Of a stretch of 64,000 nt of DNA, positions 50,805-63,247 are shown one piece after another. The DNA is taken from positions 34,038,001-34,102,000 of the forward strand of contig NC_047027.1 in the NCBI RefSeq assembly GCF_902652985.1. Reading direction: 5' to 3'. The DNA comes from Pecten maximus (taxonomy: Eukaryota). The notes beneath the pieces were generated by a model. It was not told the DNA's origin. It did not search any database and saw only the letters and a list, made by a program, of their open reading frames with translations. Numbering within the stretch: position 1 is the first letter of the stretch; the number at the start of each line of letters is the position of its first letter. The position numbers were made by a program, and so were the translations under genes.

Positions 50805-52429
50805 TCGTTAATTATTTCTTAATTAAAGAAATTTCGGAAAATTAATAAAATTCAACAGACCTGTGAAAACTGAGAGTGAGTACATTTTGGAGAATGTTCG
50901 TGAATGTCCGTCCTGGAGAGTCCGAGTGTCGAAGGGTACTGGTCGAGATGTGCCGGGTCAGAGATCTATACTAGTGCTCGACCTTATCTTAGTGAGTGCC
51001 AGCCGGGCTAATCGGACGAAATGTCCCAATGACCATATCATCCTATCTCTCTCAATAAAGCCAGGTGCCCGAAGATAAGGCACGCGTTCACGAAATGTTA
51101 CGGGTTTTCTGACCCTCAATATCCCTAACCTGACTCTATAAGTTTAGCATGGCGCCGGTTTAGTTTGGTCTACTGACTTATTTTGTAATATTTCTCTGAT
51201 ACCGATATATATATATCTTATCGAGATAAGATTACAGTTTGTAAAACAATGGCGGGAGTCTTACCAATAAAATTTGATGAAATTGCCAAAATTCAAATCT
51301 GTGTGAACTTTCTCCTTTTAACACGAGGTTTAAGCATACGATCAGGGTTTTAGACAAATGGAAATATTTTATACCAGAAAATATTTCTTTCATATTGTTC
51401 TCAATATCAGGATATTTATAGTCTAATAGGATTGATAATATTAGGTTATTAGTGGAGGCAGACGCCCGTGTCTCTATACCAACATCCATAATCTGAAGAT
51501 CACGTGCCTTGACCGAATTAAAGGTTTAGATGTAAATATGGAACGGAGACAACATAAGACAAAAAACAATGTTTTTTTTTATTATTTCATTTGGAATTAG
51601 GTTCAGTTGAAGTGGCCCGAATTGAGTATTAAATAATGCTTGTTTATGACCGAAACAGTCATATAAGGCTACAATCTCTCTTTTTTGCGGTCACAACAAA
51701 AGGCATATCTGCTGTGACATTTTTATTACATATCTTAATTAGGGACGTATCCCTGCACATATACGTGTACATTCAACACTCTCATGAGATGTACTGCTAC
51801 CATTTCTGTTTTGGGTCACCACATCAAAAGAATTTAAGCTATGACATCTTTTTTATCAAAACATGTTCAAATATCAGTACACTCGTGACTTCCAGATAGT
51901 CTTCATTAGCTCATGAAGCTACATATAACGACTTTATTCTCATCCACATTCGACAGAAGAGGCATATTTGGGGAATAGATAGAAAATATGGCATAACCGG
52001 AATTGTCATGCAACAATTTTGCTAATCTGGTAATGACAAATAATTAAAAGGTGCACGGGTGGATAGGGTCATAACAGTGTGATCCAAACGATTTCCCTTA
52101 AAATCTATCCATAATTTCTGATTTAGTACAATTAAATAGTCTATTTATTGATGTCAGTGAATGAACTATGGAAATCAATAATTTTCACTGGCTAAATTTT
52201 TTTTTGTAATTGCAATTTACAGGTTTTGCATGCCCTTCCCCCACTACACAAATATATTTCGTATGTGATGTTTTATAGTGTGTGGTCGCCGGTGGTGCGT
52301 TTCCGGAAATACAGACCGGCATGTCGTTTAAAATTGTACAGCTACTTCGGTACATCCGGTGACATTTCGCTCACATAAGACATATTTTGTAAATAAGATT
52401 TGTTGATTCGGTGGTGTATTCATTACATC

Positions 52430-55400
52430 ATGTCATCATGTCTGCCGCTAGATAAGCTTCACGTTAAAGTAGAAGTTGGTAAAAGTAAGACTGAAGATGT
52501 CCCAGCTTTGGTAAGTGACACAATAACTCAAAAAAAAATTTACTCTATGAGACTATGGTATCATATCTGGCAATATCTGTCCATCGTTACTTTACGTTAT
52601 CATAAGGTGTTTATAGTGGGGACATTCTGAACTATACAATAGTGTATTCTCGTGTTAAAGATGACTACTTTGACATAATGCGAGTACTGGATAATGTAGC
52701 CCGATTTTCCTCTGGTCCTGACACCATGCATATGTCTGTACGTATACCAGACGTACAGCTGATACAGTTAGCTATGCTCAGGCATTTTTATTTTTTATCA
52801 ATATACTTGCAAGCTGTACGTTTATGCATGAAGCATCTCTTAGGCATGCCAATAAAAAACAGAATGAAGATGTGTGGATTTTTGGATTTTTAATGATTTT
52901 TTTTGAATTTCGGAAATTTGGTAATTCTTGTCAGCTTTAATTTGTCAACCATTTTTCAAAAAATGCGTCAGTATGAAAAACAAATAATTTCAAAGTGATT
53001 TCGGCAATATTTACATAAACCACAATATGAAACTATGTATTTTATCATATGAAAGCAATTTTGGCATCTAAAACATAAACAAAATTTTTATCTCTGTGCA
53101 AAGATGCCACAATTTAAAAAAAAACAAGCAAATTATCTCCCTTTGCAATTATCTACAATTTTGCTTTCTTCGGCAAAGAAAATACACACACCTGTCTAAA
53201 ACATTTTTTGTGACATGTATGTATAGATAGAACATGTGTTAAACTAAATAAGAGTATTTTTGACATGTAATCGGCGTTTAAAGAAAAATACACAGATTTA
53301 CAGATTTCAATTTTGGACCGTCATCTTACCGCCATTGATTTTCTCTAAGATTTTTCTCATTAACATAGCCTCAATATCATATCTGCATCATCGGTCAATC
53401 GAATGTTTGAAAGGTATACGCTTTCATGTGCTAATTTAACGCTATAAAAAGGCGCTTGAGAATGACTCTTTAGGTATAAGGTAAGGTGACAAAAAAAGTT
53501 ACCTCCCCTTTGCCTGAGCATAGCTAATACAGTATGCATGGTGTCAGGGCCAGAGGAAAATCGGGCTATGGATATTGATGTGTAGCGGGACTGGATTGGG
53601 TCGATCATCGGTGACCAGATAGCTCAATTGATAGAGCATCTGACTAGTGTTTCGGAGGTGCCGGGTTCGAACCTGGGTCTAGCCGTGTATTCTCCAACTC
53701 CTACTACAGTAATATAATTACCATGTGGCACTGTAACACTGGTCTGGCCGCTACATTTTCTCCTCTCATGTTACAAAGTTGGTGCCTAGCTAAAATACCC
53801 ACGGTGGGGGTATAAGGGTCTCGTGTGTCTTCGAGGGCGAAGACTTGGGGGGAAAAAAGGAGGGAGGTGTGTATAGCGGGGCTGGACTAGGTCGATCATC
53901 AGTGACCAAGTAGCTCAATTGGTAGAGCATCTGGCTATAGTGTTTGGAGGTCCCAGTTCGAATCCAAGTCTGGAGTAATTAAAAATACCCTGCCTGTGCT
54001 AGGCTTCAAACTAGCGACCTCTTGCTCTCAAGGAAAACGTAGGCTAAAGGGAAATCCCCACAAGCATGGGCTAGTATACATGTACTTCAGCTAGCTTAAT
54101 GTCTCTGGCTATATATTTTGGTTCTGTCCCCAATTGTGACATGGCGCCTGTCATAAGTTTCTTGCCATGTCAGGGCTTTTTTTCACTACTTTGGGATTGG
54201 GAAAAAATGCAAGGCAACAGGTAAATTGGGGAAAATGGACATAACGGTAAAAATAACAAGTAGACACAAATATGGATCTATGCTATATTTATTTAGACTT
54301 TAGAGCATTATCTCCCTTTATCAGGCCAGAATAACCAATAAAACATAGACGGGACAGCACCATCTGGATTTTTAAAGACAAAATTTTTGTATAGATCATT
54401 TCATTGGGAATTAAACTTGTCGGATTGGGAAAAAATATCCAATTTTGCTGTGGGGAATGGGGCCAAAATTCGACCCCAAATCGTCCCCAAAAAAACCCTG
54501 CATGTTATCCTCTAATATTGTTAGAGTAGAGCTAGTAAGGTGACCTTGTAATCTCCACTTTACACACATAATATACAGCAGCTAGAGTATGCATAAGGTA
54601 CGTGTTCTTAAGCATACTGTAGGAAGTAAACATAGGGCTTTGGTTGTACATTCCTAATCCACACTCCATACACTTAAGCGGTATATGTAAATTGTGTTAT
54701 ATTAATAATATATACAATAACTTTAGACCATAATTTTAAAATTTTGTGTAAAGACTGTGCTGTACATGTGGTTTTCAGATTTTAATCCAAATATTGAAAT
54801 TATGCTGACTTCAACTATATGTACACTATAATGTAACTCATTATACGTTATTTGTATGTACTGTCTAGCATCCTCGGTGGGTTCAGAAGATTCAGTTTCT
54901 GACATACCATGCTCCACCGCTGAACCTCAGTGACCGCGGTCAGTGTGAGGAGTGGGCTGACCGCCTCAAGTTTATCGAAGAAGATCTCCACTTGGCCCTC
55001 CAGCTGCCACATGATAAGTTTTGGTGCCAGGTACGTAATTAGTGATAATATTGGTCTTATTTGATCATTTGAATCAAGGATTTTTTTGTTTTACCTATGG
55101 TTGATCAATCATGATTTTCTTGTTCTATAATGATTTTCTTGATCAATCATGATTTTCTTGATCAATCGTGATTTTCTTGATCAATCGTGATTTTCTTGAT
55201 CAATCGTGACTTATCTTACATGAAAACTTAATGAGATTGATGTTAGACTTAATTGACAAGGGATCAAATGAAGAAAAAAAAATATTGACGAATTTACATA
55301 AAAACATTAAAAAAAGAGCAAAGCATATTTTGGTTAAGTTTTCTTGTAGATATTTACATTTCTGTCCATAATACATAAATACTTTTATCATGACTATTGT

Positions 55401-58400
55401 TGCAAAATTGTCAATTTAAAAGGATTTATCAGCACTACCTTTACACCTACAGCTGAGTGATAGAGTTGCTGGTCCACTTTTCAAATGTTTATAACTCTAT
55501 AGGCTAATGAAAACTTATGATTTAATGATACAAACTGGGAACCATGTTTCCATTCAATCATCAGAATTTTATAGTGATGTCACTTTTGTATCCATGGCAA
55601 CTTTTTATTGCTTAAGATATTAAATATAAACCTTGAGTAAATTTTACTGTTTCTTGTTCACGGAGGTTACCAAACTACCAGAATGAGGTCCGTTCAGAAT
55701 TAAGAACTTTTTTTATTTCAGATTGTATTTGACGAAACATTTGTAAGCCTGATAGACAGTTACTTGCGCTATGCTCCTAGAACTCATGATGCCTTGATAG
55801 AGCTTCCAGTAGACACAAAGTCTCGCCATGATGAGGTCCATCGCCTTGTGTTCATGACTTGTCTTCGAATGGCAACACACAAAGAATCCAAGGTAACAAT
55901 TTTAGTGTGAATTTGTAGATACATTAATGTACATAGTAGGTATTTATTGAGTTTGATAATTAATGAACATGCATGTTGAACAATTCTAAAAAAACATTGA
56001 TGACTGCACCAATTTGTTTTGTGTGAATCTGTTAAATGTCAGTATGTGATACAACGTATGCTGGCAACTGAAAGAGATCTGATTTAAGGAAAACTCTTTT
56101 TTAATCTTTTTTTTTTCTTTGATAAAAGAACTATTGTTATTTAGACAAAACATATTTTTATCATTGTTCTCTTGCAGGAGGGGCTTTGATTCTGTTGTCA
56201 TCTATCTTTCTCCACAGTATAAATGTACAATATACAATATAAACTAATGGTGAATGAAGGTAGCATAAATGTGGAAAAAACATCTTATGATACAATAGGT
56301 ATGGAAAATACCAATTCATAAAACAATATTATTAAAATAACTAGAAGAACGTCTTGTACACAATCTACTGCAGATATTTCAAAAATATAAGCTGATAGAT
56401 GAGATTGGGTTTGCAAGTCCCTGTGCTTTGTAATTCAACTAGCTTTTGTTAAACCGGCGAATCTCTGTGACGAAAAGACAGATTTTGCATGGACTGCTAA
56501 TCAAAATTTCTTCTTGCATTTTACAATTTAGTTGTCCCTCTAGTATTTGCTAAAAAATTGAAATGTCAATGAACTTTGATTCTGTAATTGAACCCTCAAA
56601 TTAAATAAACAAACAAACAAATAAATACATAAAGATAAATAAATGAATAGAAAAATAGATTGATAAATAAATGAATAAATAAATAAATGGATTGATAAAT
56701 AAATAATGTCAGAATTGGTTATACTGGGATGTTAATTTGTACAGGGTACGTAACGCATTATGTTATTTCAACAGAAAATATATTAAAAAGATCTCTATTA
56801 GCAAACAGCTTATTCAGTTATTGTTAAGACAAATGTGACAAATCAGAGTTAAATATATGGTATTGTATATTAAATAAAGTCTTGGAATTCGAACTATCTT
56901 AGATATTCCAGGAGTTGTGTTAAAGATGTGACATGCAGAGGAAATTAATTGTGAACGAAAATATACCTTTTCCTCCTTTATCTATGATTTTTCGTTTGAG
57001 TACAGACACCTCTGTGATGACACTAGTGATCATTTTTTGATTTTTCAATAATCTTTGTACTTTGTGGTGTTACAGGAACATCACATCACTCCGAGCGTGT
57101 TTGGTGAAATCCTGTACGAGAATTTTCTGTTTGACATACCCAAGCTGTTGGACCTCTGTGTGTTGTATGGACAGGGTAACAACCAGCTGCTACACAAGAT
57201 GATTGATAACATATTCACAACCCAGCCAAAATATAACGACGATCTCCAGGGCACCATCCCAACAATTCTACAAGTAGGTGGTAAAATGATTCAGTGTTTG
57301 GAATATTCCTGTTAAAATCTAACCAGCCCAAGGATTTCAAAATAAATATTTTTCTAAATATGATTTGATTTCTGGTATAACTGTTAGTTCAAGCCTATGT
57401 CTGGTACCCCGAAACCCAAAGAGTGATTGGGTGGCCTATTGACATAGTGGATAGTGACCCAGTCTGTCAAAAAGGCAGCTGGGGTTCTTCAAAATCCCTG
57501 ATTGTATATGAGAGGTTACAGACAGTCTTCTATCAGTACTCTGCTATGAGAAGTTACATGCAATCTGGATACTGCAACATTTCCATGGACTTTTGTGTTT
57601 GAACCTTCATCAGAATTTAAAGTTTAGCATTTCTTTTATTTGTTGACAGGTGTTTGACAATATCCGAGCCAAGTGTGGTTTGGCTGATGTTAGTGGACTG
57701 ACCCCCAAGAAACTGACCGATCAAAGTCAGGAGAGGTCCGAGCTGGTCAGTATGTCCAGTACAGATTTCCAGGATGTTGTGTTTTATCTGGCTGACACTG
57801 GCACTACTCTGGCGAGTTTTTTAGAAGTCTACCCTCCAGCCTGCGTGCTATTCTTTAAAGAAGACTTTGTACACCAGTAAGTTAACAGATGTTTTAAAAG
57901 GTCTTAAAATACACACATTTCTGATAACTGACCATCTTATTTTATCATTTCTGCATTGAAGTGTTTTGACCATTTTCAGGGAGGAATATCATAGTTAAGA
58001 CATATAACCAGCATCGGATACATGATTTTCAATTAGTGGGTTTGGGGGCATGCCAAGTTAGGGTGGTCCGGCGATATTCCCCTGGGAAAAACTTTAGCAG
58101 GTAAATGGAAAATCCTGCATTATAGTGTATTACTTTGACAATTTAGTAATCTTCCAGTGATAACACGTCAAGTAAAAATGTTAAAGGAGTAAAATAGGCT
58201 TCCTGACCAACTTACCTTATATGTGTCAGGCATGTTAATGGAAAAAAAAGCAATTTTCTATTTCACACCTGATTTGAATTTGATTTTGTTAGCCATTTCA
58301 CCTACTTTTTATTGAATATAAATTATTTTTTTGTTACAATTTTCCTCATTTCTGTGAATAATGCATCTGTCTGTATTTGGGTAAATTGAAAATGTTACTG

Positions 58401-61400
58401 ACTGACCCACAGACCACAGACTTTTGTTTACAGCATTTGTAATTCTTGGATTCTGTAATGGACTGGTCCAGCGACTTTTGATTACAGCATTTGTAATACT
58501 TGGATTTTGTTATAGCCTGGTTCAGCGACTTTTGATTACAGCATTTGTAATACTTGGATTTTGTTATAGCCTGGTCCATCGACTTTTGTTTACAGCATTT
58601 GCAATACATAGATTTTGTAATGGACTGGTCCATTTGTAATACTCAGATTTTGTAATAGACTGGTCCATCGACTTTTGTTAACAGCATTTGTAATACTTGG
58701 ATTTTGTAATGGACTAGTCCATTTGTAATACTCAGATTTTGTAATGGACTGGGCCCAGCGACTTTTGTTTATAGTACTTTCAGTACGTTGGTTTTATTTC
58801 AGATTGGCCCAGTTATATGAATCTGTTATTCCACAAGTCGTATCCTCTATAAAGAAACGGAAATTTGACAGCCACAGGTACGAGATTGATAGAAAAAATG
58901 TTGGAAATCCAAAGGAAAGTATCATTTCTTCAAAATCCTTTCCAGGAAATTTTATCCAGGAATTTTACATGATGTACAAGTTTTGATACATCAATTTCAA
59001 TTTTTATATATTTTTTTTAGATATTAAGTTGTTTTCTGAACTGAATCATCAACAATCTTTGTACGTAATAATTTAGAAATAATTCGACTACCTGGTAATT
59101 ATAATAAAACAGCATTTTTTTTTGTCACTTTAATTTGGATATATTTACACACTCCGCTGAATATATGGTATAAAACGTTCCTAAGATGAACAAGCTTGAT
59201 ACAATTAAACTTCTGCTTGTGTCATAGTCAGTTAAGATTTCCAAAGTTGGCTCATCCATATTTAGTCCATAAAGCCGGTAATGAGTTTAGGCTGTAACAA
59301 GATATTTCTTTGACCCCTTGTAACAAAAAAAAGAAATTGTATTATTTCAGTCACAAGACACTTTTGAGACAGAAGACACAGGAAGCGAAGAATTCGCTGT
59401 TGAAGGTTGTACACCTCATTATTAACACCTACTGTATACAGCCGATACTGGAAAATGTGTAAGTATAGTTTCTGTTTATATATTTCATCTAATGTCAACT
59501 GTGATGACCTCACAATTTTGATGTACATGAATGTATATTTTTTATAATAAATTATAATATAATAAATTGCTAGTGCTAATTGTATTAACAGCCGGGGGTT
59601 TTTCTCCGGGTACTCCAGCTTTCCTCCACCTCCAAAACCTGGCACGTCCTTAAATGACCCTGACTGTTAATAGGACGTTAAACAAAACAAACAAATCAAA
59701 AGCATAACCTTAAATCTAATACAATTTGAAAATAATTAACCCATGAGACATCTACCCAGTAAATAGGGGCCTTGTGGTTAAGGTGTCCCAACACTTTATC
59801 ACTAGCCCTCCACCTCTGGGTCGTGAGTTCTAAACCTACGTGGGTTAATTGCCAGGTAATGACCGTAGGCCGGGTTTTTCTTCTCTGGACACTCGAGGCT
59901 TTCCTCTACTTCCAAAACCTGGCACGTCCTTAAATGACCTTGGCTGTTTATAGGACGTTAAGTTAAATCAAACTAAACCCAGTTGATGAAGAAATGGGAT
60001 GCGGATATTAGTTGAAGTGTATACGTATGTTGTGTTTTTTAGTGAAAGGTGGTCATAAAGTTGAATATTGTTCTGTTCTCTTAATTAGTCTGTTAACTTT
60101 TATTTACAGTGGAGCTGAAGAAAGAGTAGAAGATTTTATACAGCTATTTACATCAATGCTGAATGAACGAAGGTGAGAACTGTCATAAACAGTAAATCAT
60201 GTATAGTCCATCTTCTTGCAGTTTTACGGAACATTGTAGGTAATTAAGAAACCACATATTTTAATGAAAATAATGAAAAGACAATAAATTTCTCAAATAA
60301 TCTGAAATTCCAGGAACCTTTGTAATTCTATCTTTCATAATACCAAAAATCCAAATCCTTTGAAAATACTTATCTGTAAAAGTAATCTTGATTTTAAAAA
60401 AAACATTCTGAATTTGATCTGTACCAATCTAGGATCGAACCTTTGAATCCCCTGTAGTCTCAGTTTATGAAATATTTTGCATGAAGCAATCTTTTAAAAA
60501 ATTAACAGAGGGGTACAGAATTAATCTTTTCCCCAAAAATGTTTTTTTTATATGTCCCACAATAAAATACGTCTCTTTAAGATCTTTGAATGCTCTCTCA
60601 CTGCAGAACTTGCTTTTAATAGAAACTATATAAGATAATTAAATCATTTATCAATATTTATAGTTATTTATTCTATTCTAACATTTTTGTTTGTTTCAGA
60701 TTCCTAGCTGACTTTGAGAGTCGTCACCGAATTGAAAACTACCAGGAGATACTTTTGCAGTCTCCCATTGAAATGTATCTTTTTTTCTCTCTCTTGATTC
60801 CAAACATATAAATATCATCATAACTATTTTATAATAGATCTTTGTCAATTTTGAAAATCTGCTAAAGACGATATCTTCTTTGTGAAGATTCCTTATATAG
60901 AGGAGGAAGTTCTGAAGAGTAAAACATTTTTATCTTATTTAATATCCATACCAAATATAGATGTTCTGCTAAATTCAAAGACATCTACCTCCATAGAAAA
61001 GGCACAAAGGGTTGTCTCCATTGGATAGATTTAGGAGGAATTACAAAGTTATACCAAAGATAGAAATACCTGCTTAACTCTAAGCTGTTTAGCTAAATAC
61101 TGCTCCAGAGTGGTTTCCCTTGGATATATTTCTAATATAGGAGAGAAATTACAGATTTATTTACATTTCTACCTTGTTTGAATCTCTCTATATTGAGTCA
61201 GACCTGTAGTATGTTCATGATATGACCAATATTATGTCACTTTGTTTACTGAACATAAACAAATCACAATGAAAAGAAAATGGGAATGAGACACAATTTC
61301 ATACTTTGAGAAAAAAAAATCTTTTCATTGCAACAGAAATAATAATGCATAATTGAATTAGATATTTAAATATATAATTAAATAATTTGTATGCAATGAG

Positions 61401-63247
61401 TTGACCCTTGACCTCTGCTAGTGATGAGATGAGGTTACAGTATATACAGGATGCTATCAATTCTGCCTTCACAACGCACGGTCGCCGCCGGAAACCAACC
61501 GGGGGCACGAACAGAGGCGGCAGGACCAGTCCTGATGGTTCTCCGGGACCCATGGAGGATGCTGGAGCTGTAGGGGGAGGAGCAATGGGCGGAGCTGTGG
61601 GCGGAGCAATGGGCGGGGCTTCAAGTGCAATAGATAGTGCTGTTCCAGTCAATGACTTCGATGTAGAAACTTATGTACGTTGATGTTTCATACTCATTCA
61701 ATATTAAACAGAAAGTTTGATTTCTCTGTACAAATGTTGATCATTTTGTCTGTACAAATATTGATAATTTTTTTATACAAATATTGATAATTTTCTCTGC
61801 AAATACTGATCATTTTCTTTGTACAAATATTGATCATTTTCTCTGCAAATACTGATCATTTTCTTTGTACAAATATTGATCATTTTCTCTGTACAAATAT
61901 TGATCATTTTCCATTTTTTTTTTTATATTTTCAATTCATGAAAATTATTCAATGTTTCCATTATGAAAATGTTTAAATGGTTGCCACTTTAAAGATACTG
62001 GACAAAAAAAAACCCAAAAAATGAATTTGAAATATTATTTTATGTTATTATGGTAATTCAGCAGTTTGTTTGATTAAAACTACCATATGATTTGATGGAT
62101 AATTCTTAATCAAAACACAATCACTGATGTGTAGATAATATAATACTACTTACAGGAGGCGGAAGGGGCCTGCGCAGCACGGAAAACTGGGGTAGAATTG
62201 GAGTCTCTCATCTCTTCTGTCAAAGATCTTCTCCCTGACCTCGGGGAAGGATTCATTGAGGTAAGTTTATAGGAACAATCCTAACTTTTAAGCCTTTTGC
62301 TGTTAAAGTATTTTCTTGTGCTTTTACCTGGTCTGATAAATCAGGACTGAATTTCTCCGTCTGATGAGAATGTGTCAGATAGAAAAATGATTAGTTTATT
62401 GAAACTTGTCGATAAAAGCTACAATGTAAAAATGCCATTTCATCATTTATGTATATATTGTACAAAAAATTATGGTGCTGTCAACATCTCTCTTATGATT
62501 TTTAGCAGCAAGGCATTTTACACTAATATTGTTCTCAGAAGAGAGATTAAACATGTACTGTATTAATTAATGATATTCATAATATGTAATCTATAATGAA
62601 AAGTTAAAAAAAAAATCATAATTTAGGCTGCAAGGGCTAAGTTATATCAATTTAAAGTGATCCTCACTAGAACATTCTGTGAGGGTCGATGGTATATAAA
62701 TCAAGTTTGAAGAGCTATTAAAATGGACCCAATTAATGCAAAATAAAATTCTCAAGGATCATGATGCATAGACTACTAGTCAAAAGAGAATCTTTTGAAG
62801 GTACTGAAATAAACAAGTAAGAGTCTTCAAAACATTGGAATATGAGCTCTACCTAGTCTCAACCTTCCTGAAACATTTTTAAAAAGAACTGAATATATAT
62901 TTTATATAAATATATTAAACCTTCATTATTAAGGACCAAAAATACTTTGCAGTTGGTGTCTTAGCCTTAAACACTACTTGAATTTGCTAATTAAGTCAAT
63001 TTTAAATAAATTAGAAAATATATTATATGCTAAATGGAAAAAATGAAAAATTTAAACTCCCAGCGTAAGTTTAGGAAAGATTCTTTATAGAGCTCGATGT
63101 ATATAAATTCTTTATAGAGCTCGATGTTTTGTCATGTTCACAGGTGTGTTTGGAAGAGATGGACTATAACTTAGAGCGTGTGATTAATGCAGTCTTGGAG
63201 GACAAACTTCCACCCTCCTTACAGGACTTGGACAGAACAATGCCTAA
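52430..63247 (+). CDS. ASCC2: Activating signal cointegrator 1 complex subunit 2 (CUE-domain ubiquitin-binding subunit); 5' part, continues beyond the window
   Basis: Exons 52430-52510, 54869-55030, 55722-55892, 57076-57273, 57650-57876, 58803-58877, 59351-59458, 60110-60172, 60700-60774, 61422-61674, 62156-62260, 63144-63247, all phase-compatible. Recognisable ASCC2 motifs: LPLD..PALHP, LPHDKFWCQIVFDE, RMATHKESK, FGEILYENFLFDIPKLLDLCVLYG, and CUE domain VELESLISSVKDLLPDLGEGFIEVCLEEMDYNLERVINAVLE. Confidence 0.95.
52697..53568. mobile_element. Outer MITE with 36-bp terminal inverted repeats, interrupted by a second element
   Basis: TAGCCCGATTTTCCTCTGG(T/C)CCTGACACCATGCATA at 52697-52732 and its reverse complement at 53533-53568. 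Confidence 0.75.
52769..53526. mobile_element. Non-autonomous DNA transposon, 16-bp TIR, 7-bp target-site duplication
   Basis: TIR TAGCTATGCTCAGGCA / TGCCTGAGCATAGCTA; flanking ATACAGT at 52762-52768 and 53527-53533. Confidence 0.8.
53613..53685 (+). pseudogene. tRNA-like sequence (degenerate, Thr-AGT-like), copy 1
   Basis: A-box TAGCTCAATTGATAGAGC, anticodon-arm-like TCTGA-CTAGTGT, B-box GGTTCGAACC; acceptor stem mismatched. Confidence 0.5.
53904..53973 (+). pseudogene. tRNA-like sequence, copy 2
   Basis: TAGCTCAATTGGTAGAGC..GTTCGAATCC; same ~30-nt leader as copy 1. Confidence 0.45.
54171..54500. mobile_element. hAT-like MITE (CAGGG..CCCTG termini, 5-bp TSD CATGT)
   Basis: CAGGGCTTTTTTT / AAAAAAACCCTG ends flanked by CATGT at 54166-54170 and 54501-54505. 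Confidence 0.65.
55102..55208. repeat. 19-bp tandem repeat
   Basis: Unit TTGATCAATC(A/G)TGATTTTC. Confidence 0.8.
58419..58772. repeat. ~54-bp minisatellite in an ASCC2 intron
   Basis: GACTTTTG.TTACAGCATTTGTAATACTTGGATTTTG..CTGGTCCA units at 58419, 58473, 58527, 58581. Confidence 0.85.
59591..59697 (+). mobile_element. 5'-truncated SINE copy
   Basis: TTTCTCCGGGTACTCCAGCTTTCCTCCACCTCCAAAACCTGGCACGTCCTTAAATGACCCTG..GGACGTTAAACAAAAC. Confidence 0.75.
59766..59975 (+). mobile_element. Near full-length SINE copy
   Basis: Colinear with 49676-49876 (TTTATCACTAGCCCTCCACCTCTGGGT..CACGTCCTTAAATGACC). Confidence 0.75.
60775..61421 (+). other. Probable U12-type (minor spliceosome) GT-AG intron in ASCC2
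   Basis: 5' site GTATCTTT; branch site CCTTGAC at 61406-61412, branch A 10 nt from the 3' end; no polypyrimidine tract. Confidence 0.7.
61726..61911. repeat. ~24-bp tandem repeat
   Basis: Unit TGATCATTTTCTCTGTACAAATAT, ~8 degenerate copies. Confidence 0.8.

Noticed and set aside
51265-51345. Possible gene C start exon upstream of a GTAAG donor
   Set aside because: The phase-1 frame contains a stop and no ATG; at most a 5' UTR exon
53613-53973. Functional tRNA genes
   Set aside because: Mismatched acceptor stems and irregular anticodon arms; treated as tRNA-derived pseudogenes or repeats
58346-58639. Cys/Lys-repeat ORFs (KYYKCCNQKS)
   Set aside because: Translation of the intronic 54-bp minisatellite, not a metallothionein-like gene
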